NCBI GenBank assembly: GCA_010015805.1
Contig: ML978126.1
Span: 248,001-312,000 of the forward strand
Length of the DNA stretch: 64,000 bases
Direction of reading: 5' to 3'
Origin: Rhizodiscina lignyota
Lineage: Eukaryota
Of this stretch, positions 37,152 through 49,489 are shown one piece after another. A program made the position numbers and the translations under genes. The notes beneath the pieces are model-generated. The model searched no databases and was not told where the DNA came from. It was given only the letters and a program-made list of their open reading frames with translations. The number at the start of each line of letters is the position of its first letter. Position 1 is the first letter of the stretch.

Positions 37152-37440
37152 CCTATTACGGCTCTCGGAGGTAGATCATGTCCGTATTCACAACCACAGA
37201 TATTGACTGGAGATTTAAGTCACGATGGAAGAGATGGAGCGGAGAGCTTAATTAGAAAAAACAGAGATAGAAGATGCTTTTAGATTAGGAAGCAAAGAAC
37301 TAGTCTCACGTATAAAACATGCGCAAGACATTTAATGTTGTCGATACGGATATCGGTCTAAGTTTCCCAACGGAAAGGGCGGCGAAAGAAATTGCGACTA
37401 ACCCGATGACCGGTATTCGAGTCGCAAACGAACTCTGCAG

Positions 37441-37457
37441 CGGATCAAAGAAGTCCG
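37441..37457. promoter_or_regulatory. CGG-N11-CCG Zn2Cys6-type site in the SBF/VOC divergent promoter
   Basis: CGGATCAAAGAAGTCCG. Confidence 0.35.
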
Positions 37458-38291
37458 GGCGTATTTCATCAAAGAGAATCATTGAAAATGGACCCGTAGG
37501 ATTTCCCGAACAGTCTGTTTGATGTGTAGTATCAAACGAGAGGCCACGCCAGATCTTCGATACCACACCGAAAGAGGTACCGTCGCCTTGCTCCGCAGTA
37601 TGGACCCGATCGCTCTTCATATTCCCGGAGGTTTCGAATATTCGTCATCAACGTCGAAATGATAATTGAGTGGGCTCCCTGGCTTGCCATGTTTGAATTC
37701 GAAAAGAACATGGCAAACATGCCGAGAAAAAAGCGAGGTGAGGCCCTCCTACAGCCGTGGCGGTCACCAATCGGCGATAACCTCGACGTGCATTGCCCCT
37801 GTCTGGAATTTGGTGCCCTGGCGTCGTTGTTTTTCCCCAGACAAGACTCTCCCAGACCGCCTAATACATACATATGACACTGCCCATTCCGCAGCTTACG
37901 GCACAAGACGCTGTTCCACGGCAACCAGCCAGGTTAGGGACGGTGCAATTGTGAGTCGACGATGCCCCGCAATTCCTTCAGAAACGTCCTCTCCGCATCT
38001 TCAACGGCCTGTCATGAGATCTGTCGAGCACCTTGAGCGAGAACCCCCTGGTGGACGGTCGCGGAAATGCCCCAGAAATGGTTGCTAAGCTTTGAGTTAC
38101 GCTTGAAATGTCCTTTCGCGGTCATCTGCTGATGGGGACAAACATTGACTAGAAGACGGCAAGAGATCGAGCTGATCCAGAAATGGCCCGCGAGCGCGTT
38201 TCGTTTTACCGACACTTCCTGTACACATAGCTCCAACAGATACTCTTCATCAATATCATCTTTCGTCCTGTTTGATAACCCACCATCAATT

Positions 38292-39128
38292 ATGGCTTCG
38301 ATCGACTTCGACAAGGCAGGAAAGGCAGTCAAGCCACCCATTAGGCTTGCACATGTTGTGCTCCGCACGAACAAGTTCGAAAAGATGAGGGACTTCTATG
38401 TGACATTCTTAGGGGCCCACGTTCAGTTCGAGGGTGCGAATCTCTGCTTTATTGCATACGATGATGAGCATCACCGCATCGCACTCATAGGCGCACCTGG
38501 AACTTCTGACAAGGTCGATGAGTCCTGCGGTCTCGCGGTATGTCTGGGACTTTTCAATATCACTAAGACGGACTAAGCGTCGATTTCTACACAGTTATGC
38601 AATCTCATATGCAGTTCAATGCCTTACGCTAATATACCCTTTCTAGCACGTCGCATTCACGTATCCTACCCTCAATGACCTCCTTCTTGCATACCGCCAG
38701 CGACTCGCGAACGGCATCCGCCCAATGTGGTGCGTAAATCACGGCATTACAGCAAGCATGTATTACTAGTTAGCCTCTCCGATACACCGAGTGAGGATCG
38801 TTGGTCTGATGGTAATGACAGTGACCCGGACGGCAACGCCATTGAGACACAGGTCGATGCGTTCGACACGGCGGACGAAGCCAACAACTACATGTATGGC
38901 CCGCTTTATGGAGAAAATCCACTTGGTGCCGATTACGATCCGGAGGAATGGATAGAGCGGCTCAAGAACGGCGAAGACGAAAAGGTCTTACTCAAGCGAG
39001 ACAACGTTGGGCCACGAGGCTTTGAGAGTGTGCCATTCCACACAGGGCAAAGCCAGTATGATGAAGTGATGGAGAGGCGAAGGCAAAAAGGGCTTCCAAT
39101 CCCAAAGACAAATGGAGTTGCCGCTTAA
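38292..39128 (+). CDS. VOC-superfamily (glyoxalase/extradiol dioxygenase-like) protein
   Basis: Motifs RLAHVVLRT, YDDEHHRIAL, GLA|HVAFTY, WCVNHG and YY|YDPDGNAIETQVD. Introns 38538-38646 and 38769-38821. His/His/Glu metal ligands are retained. Confidence 0.92.
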
Positions 39129-39563
39129 TATTATCGTCTCCACCCTCAAGTCGCATTATCGCAGTAGGATCCCGGATTATCTAACTATGAGATCCATTCT
39201 CCACTTATGAATTATGAATATCAATGGATTCCCCTGGGCACACAGTTCTGCTACAGGTGCAGGTAATTACATCCAATGACGATTTGAATGTTACATCTCT
39301 CTCTAATCAAATTTCTCGCTCCTCTGATATATTTCAACGGTTAGCTTTCTGCGGTTCATCACCATCGCTTCTCAACGGTTCCCACAGTAGTATAAGTTTG
39401 CCCTGGGCTTCCATCTTATTTTCGTTCACAAAACTTCAAGAGGTTTCAAGCACAACAAACCATCAGATCTCGCAGCTGCGCAGCATCAACTCCACTTCAA
39501 GCAAACCATCATCACAGCAACTGGACCTTATACCCGACCCTCCAATCAACACAATCAAACATC

Positions 39564-40031
39564 ATGCCGAACACCACCAATATCTCCCGCGCCGACTTAG
39601 CTGGCCTTGTTAAGATTCCGAAAATAAGGAATAACCCCGAGTCGGCTTATATTCGCAACCGTACGAAGCTTGCGAACCGCCGCAAGCTAAATAACTCCAC
39701 TCGACCAGCATCGCCAACGTCAACGGCGACACTACTTCTTGCACGCTACTACGGTCGACCAGGCCTGCGCGTGGACTGGAAACTCTCCCTGCACAGAGAC
39801 TTCAGGCCTGATGCTGGCTATGAATCGTTCAACAACTTCCTTTTCAACGAGCACGAGCGTGTGGAGATGCCGCTTCACCTTTTGAAGCCCGTAGCCAGGA
39901 ATCCGTCGCGGACTCGGCGATCGTACGCCTTAGCCTTTGCTGATGACCACGTGAAAGATGACCCATCGCGCGTCACTAGCGGGGCAATGCTCATACGGTT
40001 ATACCGTCCCGCGCTCATTCACACACGCTAA
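39564..40031 (+). CDS. Hypothetical basic orphan protein (155 aa)
   Basis: ATG in good context (AACATCATG) after an A/C-rich leader. No recognisable domain. Confidence 0.4.
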   Translation: MPNTTNISRADLAGLVKIPKIRNNPESAYIRNRTKLANRRKLNNSTRPASPTSTATLLLARYYGRPGLRVDWKLSLHRDFRPDAGYESFNNFLFNEHERVEMPLHLLKPVARNPSRTRRSYALAFADDHVKDDPSRVTSGAMLIRLYRPALIHTR

Positions 40032-41354
40032 TTCGATGATGCTGAATATTCGTGTATCTTTCATCCAGCAAGCATCAATCCCGCAAAGAAGACACTGATC
40101 ATGTTCTCGGTTGTCTTTCCTGGATACTATCTCGTCCATGTCAAGTTGGCATCGGATTCCATGGATGTCCCAGGTGTCGTTTTCAATTGTAACTGAAGAA
40201 AAAAGCCTCAAAGATGCCATATGGCTGGTATAGTCATCCGAAAGTCTCCGCCAGAATAGGACTTTTCTATTGTTTTCTCCGTCCTATTGAAGAACGACTT
40301 ACCCCGGGCCCTCTCTGATACCAAGGTCCTGCGGCCTGTTAAATAATAAGTTAGCATACCTTGAACTTTTGCTGAGTGAGGTTTCGGACCATATCGAACA
40401 ACACTTCAGCGGGCCCCAGACTTTGTTCGTCTTAAGTAGTCGTTCGATAATTAGGTTCGTGCAGGACGCCTTTATTAGGGCATGCTCGTCCAGCGCAAGA
40501 ACTTTCGGTAGAAAGGGCTACCCATCACAGAACGTCAGGCGGCCAGATTTACGAACTCTGCAGTTGGTGGAAGTTGAACGAGTGGGTTCTGTGGACCCTG
40601 GACGTATCCCCTGTAGGTAAGCAGCGGGGAGTGTACTCACGTCTCTTTAGGTCGGGAATTCTGCGTAGATACAATGCACTGGTCATCGCAGAAAGTTTTA
40701 GGATGGAATATCTGAAATGACATAAGTCAGCGTAAGTCGCACGCGTGGATCCCGCTCATAATCGAATACTCCCTCCATACGCGTGACGCAGGTCCGGACT
40801 GCGGCGCAGGCAGCTTTGAATGGCAGGTTTCGCCGACCAGCCCTGGAAGCTGTAAGCATCGACAATTCCATTTAAATTGCTGCCAGAGGAATCATTCATG
40901 CTGCTAACGATGAAGGCACAGTCTCTTTACCCTATATTTCTGAATTTAGAACCTACAAGCTTTCTTGATCCTCCGAGTGTTGATCAAGGCGGAGGGGGCT
41001 GTGGCGTCTCAATCCCTCGACTCTACGCAGGTGCAGGCTACCAGACCGACTCCCGGCCTTGTCTGGTAATTCCCTGCGAAAGGAGCTTGGTTAATTATGG
41101 CTCTTACTCCGTACGCCTTCACATAGGGTATTCTTCCAATCACACAATGACATTCTTCCATCGTTGCTGGGGATCACGAAGGGTGCATGTTGATCGCGAC
41201 TCCACACTTCAAGGCAAACAACGGTTTAAGTGGCAACTTATTTCTCGTCTTCTCCACCTGAGCCCTATTTATCGCTCTTCATTTCGCATTGTCTTTGGTA
41301 CTATATACTTCGAATTGATTTTAGAGAAGACCACCATTCAACCAGAGACTCAAC

Positions 41355-43434
41355 ATGATATTCAACAGATGGCTTCTGAGCCTTTTGCTCGCACAAATAA
41401 CATCAGTACTCGGGGCGACAAAACCAAACATCGTCTTCATCCTCACCGATGACCAAGATCTGCATCTGAACTCGTTAGATCACATGCAGGTCTTGCAAGA
41501 GCAGTTGGTCAACCAAGGAACTTACTTCTCGAAGCACTACGCCCACGTCACCCAGTGTTGCCCCAGCAGAGCATCTCTTTGGGCAGGCCGCCATGCTCAC
41601 AATACTAATATCACAGATGTAACGAACAGCAAACCTGGAGGCGGCTGGAAGCATGTTCAAGCGAACGGCCTGGCGACCAAAGGCATTCCCGTGTGGATGC
41701 AAGCCGCCGGATACAATACATACTACGCCGGAAAACTTTACAACGGCATGGACGATACCAATTATTGTGATCCAGTCTGTCCGGCAGGTTGGACCAAGTC
41801 TGTAAGTTTGTTTTCTTGAGCAAGCAACGCTTTTGCAAATGTGCTAATTGTTGCCAGGATTTTCTAACCGAACCACGTACTTATACGTACTACAATTCCG
41901 CTTTCCAGCACAATGAGGGCAACAATCACTACAAACCGGAAATAGTCGATGGATATGCTACGGATCATATCGCAAACTACACGCTTGGATACATCGATGA
42001 CGCCGTTGACGCCGGCAAGCCGTTCTTCACAGTGGCTGCGACAGTTGCTCCGCACGTCTCCATTGGCGTTAATTACACAACCAATCTTACTTGGTGTGGG
42101 AAGAGCGTCGAAAACTGTCATAAGACTAAATTTCCATTTGCGGTTCCGAAGAAGGAATATGAAGGCTTGTTCAAGAATGTATCAATTCCGCGAAATCCGA
42201 ACTTCAATCCACATAATGTAAGTTGCGCTTGCTGATAACCCCCTCGAAGCTTGCCTTGCTAATAGGCATAACAGCGAACAGGAGTCGCGAGTGTTTGGGC
42301 ATTGGATCAGCTTAATCAAACCAATGTCGACTTTATGGACGAGTTCCATAGGCAGCGTCTTCGGGCCTTGAAGTCAGTTGATGATCTAATCGAGACCATT
42401 ATTCAGAAACTTGAAGCACGTGGCCTGCTTAACAACACCTATATTTTCTACAGCGTGGACAATGGCTATCATATTGGCCAGCATCGCTTACAACCTGGCA
42501 AATTGCAATGTTTTGAGGAGGATATCAACATCCCCTTTATCGCTAGAGGTGCGTATTACTGTGAGTCAGGGATATGGTTCTCAACAGCAAGCTGACATAG
42601 CGAGCAGGCCCGAATGTTGGTCGGGCACAATCAACAAACCTTGTATCCGGCCATATTGATCTAGCGCCAACGTTTCTCACGCTCGCCGAATCGGAGTTGG
42701 AACCATCATGGGAGCTGGATGGACAAGCAATATCTTTCCCGTTGGAGACACAGACCGATATCACAAAAAACAAGCAAGCACGTGGCGACCACCTGCATGC
42801 CGAGTTCTGGGGTCCTTTCACGCAGGAGGGCAAGTTCAACAACGCCGGGACCAATTCTACCAACGTCCAGATCTACAAAGCGCTGCGTATCCAAGGGGAC
42901 GGATACAATCTAATGTACTCAGTGTGGTGCCAGAACAAGGCGCACGAGCTGTACGACATGAGCTGGGATCAGTATCAGCTTACGAACCTTCACCCCGATG
43001 CGCCGACAGAAGCAGGTCAGACCAATGCCTATCACCGTGGCATGAACACATTGCTCGGCAGACCCATCGAGCAACTGATTCATCGCCTTGATGCGGTGGT
43101 CTTGGTGCAAAAGAGCTGCAAGACCGAACAGTGTCGCCAGCCTTGGAAGCAGCTACATCCGAATGGAACCGTCAGCAACCTGATCGATGCGCTCGATGAG
43201 AAGTACGATGCATTCTACAATCACTCATATCAAGTGGCCAAGGTGGGCTGGGAACAATGCTTCCATGGCAAGGATGCGACGCTGTACGCACTGGACAATG
43301 AGCAGCCACTCTGGGCGAACGTATCCAAAGAAGTACTGGGTGGTGCCACGGCCAAACGAGATGACACTGGGATGCCAGGAGTGTTCGAAAGTTCGACGAC
43401 CTTTGGGAAAATGGGACAAAGATCAGACAAATAG
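41355..43434 (+). CDS. Secreted arylsulfatase (formylglycine-dependent)
   Basis: Signal peptide, then KPNIVFILTDDQD, CCPSRASLWAG (CxPxR), GYNTYYAGK, APH, DNGYHIGQH and GHIDLAPT. Three introns, the first at 41802-41857. Confidence 0.95.
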
Positions 43435-43917
43435 TCGTGACGTCCGCGACATCAACAAGCAAAGGCATGGAGGCATGATTGTAGAGTTTTGCTAAGATCG
43501 ACTTGATGATATTGTGGATAGGAGTCCCAATATACAGAGGACTCAAGTGCTCTACAAAATAGAGGTATCCGTGATGTTAGAATGCTACATCTGGTCTGAT
43601 ATATAATAGGATCTGCAATAACAATTCAACTGCTAAGAATGCCTTTGCAAGGCTGGTGCAGCAAAAGATGCTCCGTTCTCCCCGGTGGATAGAGCAAGCG
43701 GTAGCGGGCCGATCTGCTTTGCGGATGATGATTGGTTGGATATGAGCAACGACTTGCCGAATTCCGTTTTTCGGGGGTTCCAGAAACTAAATCTTTGAGC
43801 CGCTTGCAATTGAAGTCGGTAAAAAGTTGTTTGTTCCGAGTTTATCGTCAAATTCAACCTGGGACGCATCCCTTCCTCCCAAGGACATTTCAGAGACTTG
43901 GCACAACCTACATCAAC

Positions 43918-45730
43918 ATGATAAGGAGAGAAGAACAGGGACCAGGTCATATGGCTTCAGGTCTTGTTGCAGATAATACTGATACGTCAACGATAGAGGT
44001 AGCAGGTCAAAAGAATCATCAGGAAGGCTCGAACGAGAGCGAGACAAGAAGTGAAGAAGATAAAAATGATATCACGAAAGAAATCGCAGAGATCGCAGAG
44101 GACCAGGATGTGGAAGTGCAGCGGACACCAACAAATTCATCCGAACCCGTATACAGCGCATTCACTCGACGAGAGAAGATCTTCATTGCCGTAATGGCAT
44201 CGCTTGGATCCTTTTTCTCGCCGTTCACCGGCAGCGTGTATCTTCCCGCAATCAATACACTCGCTGACCACTACCATACCTCCGTCTCGAACATCAATTT
44301 GAGTGTAACGACATACATGATCCTCCAAGGCACAGCACCAATGTTTACTGGTGACTTTGGAGACCGGTTTGGACGGCGTCCGGCGATTGTACTATGCTTC
44401 GTCATATATCTTGGCGCAAACATTGGTCTCGGAGTTCAGAACAGCTATGCTGCGTTGCTGGCTGTCAGGTGCGTTGACCCGTTGCCTTCCTGACTATCAT
44501 TTGCGTCCGGCTGATCTGGTGAAAAGATGCCTTCAGTCTGCCGGAAGCAGTGGCACCGTGGCACTGGCTCGTGGAGTCATAGCGGACGTTGTGACGCCTG
44601 CAGAACGTGGCTCATATCTCGGTTTCACCATGGCTGGCGTATCTCTCGCCCCGGCGATCGCACCCATCATTGGTGGTGCTTTGGCAGACTCACTCGGATG
44701 GCGCTCGATATTCTGGTTTTTGACGATCTTCACTGCTTGTTTCCTCCTGCCGTACATCTGCTTCATGCCCGAAACAAATCGGAAAATTGTCGGCGACGGA
44801 TCTATCCGTCCCACCAAGTGGTATCATGTGTCGTTGATGGACGTGCTCAGGAGTCGGCAAGAAAGCAACGAAACAGCTGCTTCGACTCAGAATGCATTGC
44901 CGAAGTCAAAGGTGAAGTGGTACAGTCTAGGCGGCCCATGGCGGACAATCAAGTTGTTTGGGGAATTCGACATCATCCTAATATCAATCGCTAATGCGTT
45001 CAACTTCGGGGCTCTGTATTGCCTGCTGACCAGCAATCCAGCCATATTTGGATCTTTGTATGGTTTCGATGACTTTAAAGTTGGCCTCTGTTACTTGTAA
45101 GTGTCATGCTGTAATTTCATCAGAGATATTTGCTCACCTGCTTCGTCAAGGCCATTAGGTGCAGGCTGCAGTGTGGCGGGCTTTGTAAATGGAAAACTGT
45201 TGGACTGGAACTGGCGACGTACCGCCAAAAAGAATAACTTACCGTATGACCGGAAAAGAGCACCCGATCTACGAAATTTTCCCGTTGAGAAAGCTCGTCT
45301 GCAGACACTTTTTCCTACTCTCGCGCCTGGACTTCTCGCTCTGTTGCCCTATGGTTGGGCTCTGCAGTACGGTGCGCCACTTCCGGTTCCACTGATTCTA
45401 CAATTTTTCTGTGGATACTCCCTCACATCGGCAAGCAACACTACGCAGAACCTGACGGTGGATCTGTTCCCAGGTATGGCTGCAACTGTGTCAGCAAACA
45501 ATAACTTGAGTCGCTGTTTGTTTGGAGCCGGATGCGCGGCAGTAATCAAACCGATGTTAGATAATATGGGCTGGGGATGGTGCTTCACGTTTATCACAAT
45601 CATTTGCGCTACACAATTTCCGTTGATGTGGTTTGAAATAAGATGTGGCCCTAAATGGAGAGAGGAGCGGCGACAGCGAGAGGAGAGGAAACAAAAAGAT
45701 AAACAGGCCAAGAAAGAGTTAAAGAAGTAG
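43918..45730 (+). CDS. MFS drug:H+ antiporter-1 family transporter (Qdr-like)
   Basis: Motifs YSAFTRREK, INLSVTTYMILQG, GDRFGRRP, R|CLQSAGSS, ERGSYLG, GWRSIFWFL, MPET and FPVEKARL. Two introns. The start could alternatively be 43951. Confidence 0.92.
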
Positions 45731-46289
45731 AAAGATGTTGTCGCCGGATCTAATTGAAAATTCGTAGAGTTCAGAGAAGGCATAAGCAGGCGTTGAGGCA
45801 GAGGCAACCAACTTGACGATCCCGTCAGGAGTCGCATATGGCATTGTGGCATTTTCCAAGGCTTGAAAAGCACTGTACGGAATATGGAGACTATAATGTT
45901 TGTATTGATGAGGATGAGGATAGACGGTTGATCGGGACTGGGAGTCGTCTTTTCAGCCACCAGTGCGCACGGACCAAAGTTTATCCCCCAGCGAATGTCA
46001 GCATCGGAGCATCAATCTCCCAACCCCCTTTCACTCCACGCTCTGTATATTTCCCGTTCATCTCACGCGTGGATTCTGGAGGCCAAAGTTTAATTCGATA
46101 TGCTCATTCTGCGCCTCGCCTCTCGGTTTGCTTAATCGAACTGGTGTGTCCTTAATCCAGGAGCTCATCGTCACTCTCTTGACTTCCTACTGATCCTTCT
46201 ACGGATTGCACGACCGACGATGATTCTCCGCTGTCAAATGCAGTACAGATACGGTGATCTAACAAATCACTGTGCGTTCTTCTCTCCGA

Positions 46290-48154
46290 CTACTCTAGCT
46301 CCTCGATATGTTCAGCGCCTCCTTTACCCTCAAGCACCTGCTTTCCGGAAACATTTGCTTTGTCGCCATCGAATAAGCGGGCAATTTCTTCAAGCGTGGG
46401 ACCCTTGGTTTCAACAAAAAAGAACCAGATGATGAGACACTCGAGCACGAGAATCGCAATATAGACGAAATAGAACTTCCAGGATAGGTGTTTCAAGCCA
46501 ATTGGATTCACTGATGATATTAGTGTAAGAGTTCTCACCAAAGACAAAATGAATCATACCGTATTGGTTAAAGACGGAGGCGAGCGCCTTGCAGGCGTAG
46601 AGTACCGCTATACCTTTGGCCCTGATGTTGAAGGGACAAATCTCTACCGAGTATGCTACAGTCAATCCTGGCCAAGCGAGACCAGCAGCGCCGTAGAACA
46701 AGAAAATCATTGCGACGACGGCTTTTCCGGCGCCAGGGTTTTGAGTTTGAGCATAGACTGCAGAGCATCCGGTCCAGACGGAAAAGGCGATGAGCATGCC
46801 AATCCCAGCACTCATGAACAGTGGACGCCTTCCAACCTTGTCCACGAAGAAACAGGCAATGAATGCTACGACAAATGACCAGATGGTTAAACAGCCATTG
46901 ATCTCAGCCTGAGTGCGCGAGTTGGTGATATTGATCGTATCCAGGATACTGTGCAAATAATACGAGACCAGGCCGTTTCCCGAGCATTGAGAGAAGAATG
47001 CTGTAAGCGCGATGAGCGATAGACGCTTCCTGTTGCCTGGGGTCTTGAAGAACTCCTGCCAGCCTCTCTTGGAGTTGACCTTCTCAAGTCGGATTGTCTC
47101 CTGGATTTCAGCAAACTCGGATATGACGAATCGGTCATTCGTATCACCAGCCGCATGATACTTCATGTAATCAGTGAATCTGAAGCCTGTATGCTGAATT
47201 TCACATACCTCGACCAAAACTTTCAACGCTTCGTCACCGCGATCTTTTGAGCACAGCCAACGAGGACTCTCCGGAAGAAGGAATACAAGCAGAAGTTGTA
47301 GTCCTGGCATCATGACTTGCAACGAGTTTGGAATACGCCAGCTGATATCTGTGGTATACTTGACGGTGCCAAACACCGTCCAGGCGGCAACGATTGCACC
47401 GATATACTGGACAATGAGTTGCCGCACGAACTTTTAAGAGCTTTGACCTACGTAGATGGCGTTGTACCTAACAGCTTGTTAGCATCTGTGTCTAAACTGA
47501 TGGCATTTGACGCACATTGTAGTAATCCTTCCTCTATGCTGGGGGTGCGCGAGCTCGACGACGAGAACCGGAGCGGAACCCTGGGAAATATTCGAACCCA
47601 AGCCGACGAGAAAACGACCGCCCACAAACATTCCATAATGGTTACTCGAAGGTACGACTGCTCGTCTTAGCATTGCAACATTTTCGCGGTTCGTTCAATT
47701 ACCTTGGACTACGGTCCCGACGAAGATTAGTACAACACCAATGCAGACGCCCACTCTCCTCCCCCAAAGGTCGGCGCAGTAGCTGCTGAATGGTAAAGCA
47801 GAGAGACCACCGAGATTATAGATGGCGTTCATCAAACCGAGGCGTGAACCGTCGGGGTGATTGTAGTCTAGGAATCAGTCAGCCATTCTATCGCTGGTTC
47901 ATTTCTGAAGGTCTCTTGCAGTTTTGCCATGGCAGCAGCGTTTGCAGGCCGTTGAGGAGACTGCTATCATATCCGTTTGTCGTAGCTGCGAGGAACAGAA
48001 TTGGTAACATCAAGTAGAGCTTTCGAAGCCCTTTGTGCTTCCACCATGTAACTTCTGGGTATTCTAAGCCGTGAAGATGCTCCTCCGCGTATACCTGGAG
48101 CTCTTCTGGCGCTGGCGCCTGCTCAGTACGGCCGCTAAATCCCTTCTCGTCCAT
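46290..48154 (-). CDS. Sugar porter family transporter, lactose permease/cellodextrin transporter-like
   Basis: Motifs WWKHKGLRKLY, NGYDSSLLNGLQ, ELAHPQHRG, PESPRWL, TPGNRKR, FSQCSGNGLVSYYL, NQY|VNPIGL and VETKGPTLEEI. Six introns, one of them GC-AG, and a 16-nt exon at 47452-47467. Confidence 0.94.
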
Positions 48155-49154
48155 TGCCCAACGAGATACGAGAACCAATTGGAATATGGAAACGGGGAGA
48201 CAATGTGCAAAGAGTTGATATCGGGCACGCGTCGCGACCTTATTGATAGTCTCGAACGAACCCTTAATGCTTACCGCTGCATGTAGATCTTGGTATGTAT
48301 ACACTCGGCAGATCAATCGTTAGACCGGTTCAAAAGGGTAAATTCGAACCCCGCATAGACGAGAAGAGTTTGATTGCTTCCTTGGGCATGGAGGATTGTG
48401 CATGTTGCATCAATTCGCACTGCAACGGGTCTATCATGCCGTGGTGCTCGCAGATGGTACTGAAACAAGTCAGGTTGTACCCACATGATGCCCAGCCACA
48501 GTCTCCTTGCAAGCCTCCAGAGTACCGGCTGCGGGGACATTTACCCAAACAAATGAATGAATTGTTCGGCAAGTTTAATTGAACGTCTCCAGGTAATCCC
48601 CGAACCTTGAATGGCGTGCTACGTCCGTGATCATTCTCCCCGACCAACACTCGATCCTCCCCGGATCTGCACCAAAGTTTACAATATCGATTGGAAGAGG
48701 AAAGCCGGATAATTAAAACGGGCTTGTACATAACTCTTGGCACAAAAGAGAACAGAGCGGACTTACTGCCAAGACTCACGACAAGAGTGTGCTTCATGCA
48801 TGCTCAAATATCACATGGAATTGAGTGCTGTGGAGGTGTTTATTACTGATTCTTTCTGGAAAAGAAACAAACATGTCAAATTAAGCAAGCCAATACCCAA
48901 TTCAAATGGTCGGTTCGCTTGTACTGCCATCGAGGTGGTGAGAGGAGGAGCTGAGATACTTTCTTGCTCTTCAGAGGCTTATGATTTCCGAGTCATAGGC
49001 GGAAACGACAAGCGGAGACTGAACTGAGTCTAGGGCGATACTGTGGAGTCTTCATGCAAGCCTCATCCGCTTGGCAAACCAATGGAGGTAAAGAGATTGG
49101 CTTTAAAGAAATATCTGAGGTCAGGTGTGAACATTCTTAAGAGGCCGTACCAGG

Positions 49155-49331
49155 TTAGCCCCCTGCACGGCGGCTTGATGCCCGGCGGATGTTTAACTGC
49201 CGTATTCAGCTCTTTACCTGTGGCATGCGACCAACTCCTCTAAAGCAGTGAAGACGAGGGCCTTCTATCATTGGGAAATGGCTATATTTCCGGATAAATG
49301 CTGCATATGGCTTCGGATGAGGCTGGCTAAA
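49155..49331. promoter_or_regulatory. Tandem CGG-N11-CCG sites plus GGCTAA motifs in the sugar porter/PhyH divergent promoter
   Basis: CGGCGGCTTGATGCCCG at 49168-49184 (contains a nested CGG-N8-CCG) and CGGATGTTTAACTGCCG at 49186-49202. TTAGCC at 49155-49160 and GGCTAAA at 49325-49331. Confidence 0.5.
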
Positions 49332-49489
49332 TTCTGTGAGAATAACTCGTGTCGACGGGCTGGTTTTACGTTCAATTAAAATACTGGCGGTATCAGAGAC
49401 ATTCTGCAGAGCTTGAGAGACACAATTAACCCCTTTTCCAGAGCAAGAAAGTAGCAGTAAACTTTTTGAATATTTTTTGATCCTAGATA

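Noticed and set aside
38538..38646. Possible stwintron (internal branch point and CAG at ~38594) in VOC intron 1
   Set aside because: Excising the internal part does not create a consensus donor and would break the reading frame. A single 109-nt intron explains the gene.
40240..40251. GAAAGTCTCCG, resembling RNase MRP/P conserved region I
   Set aside because: No matching P4 partner or CR-V motif at a plausible distance.
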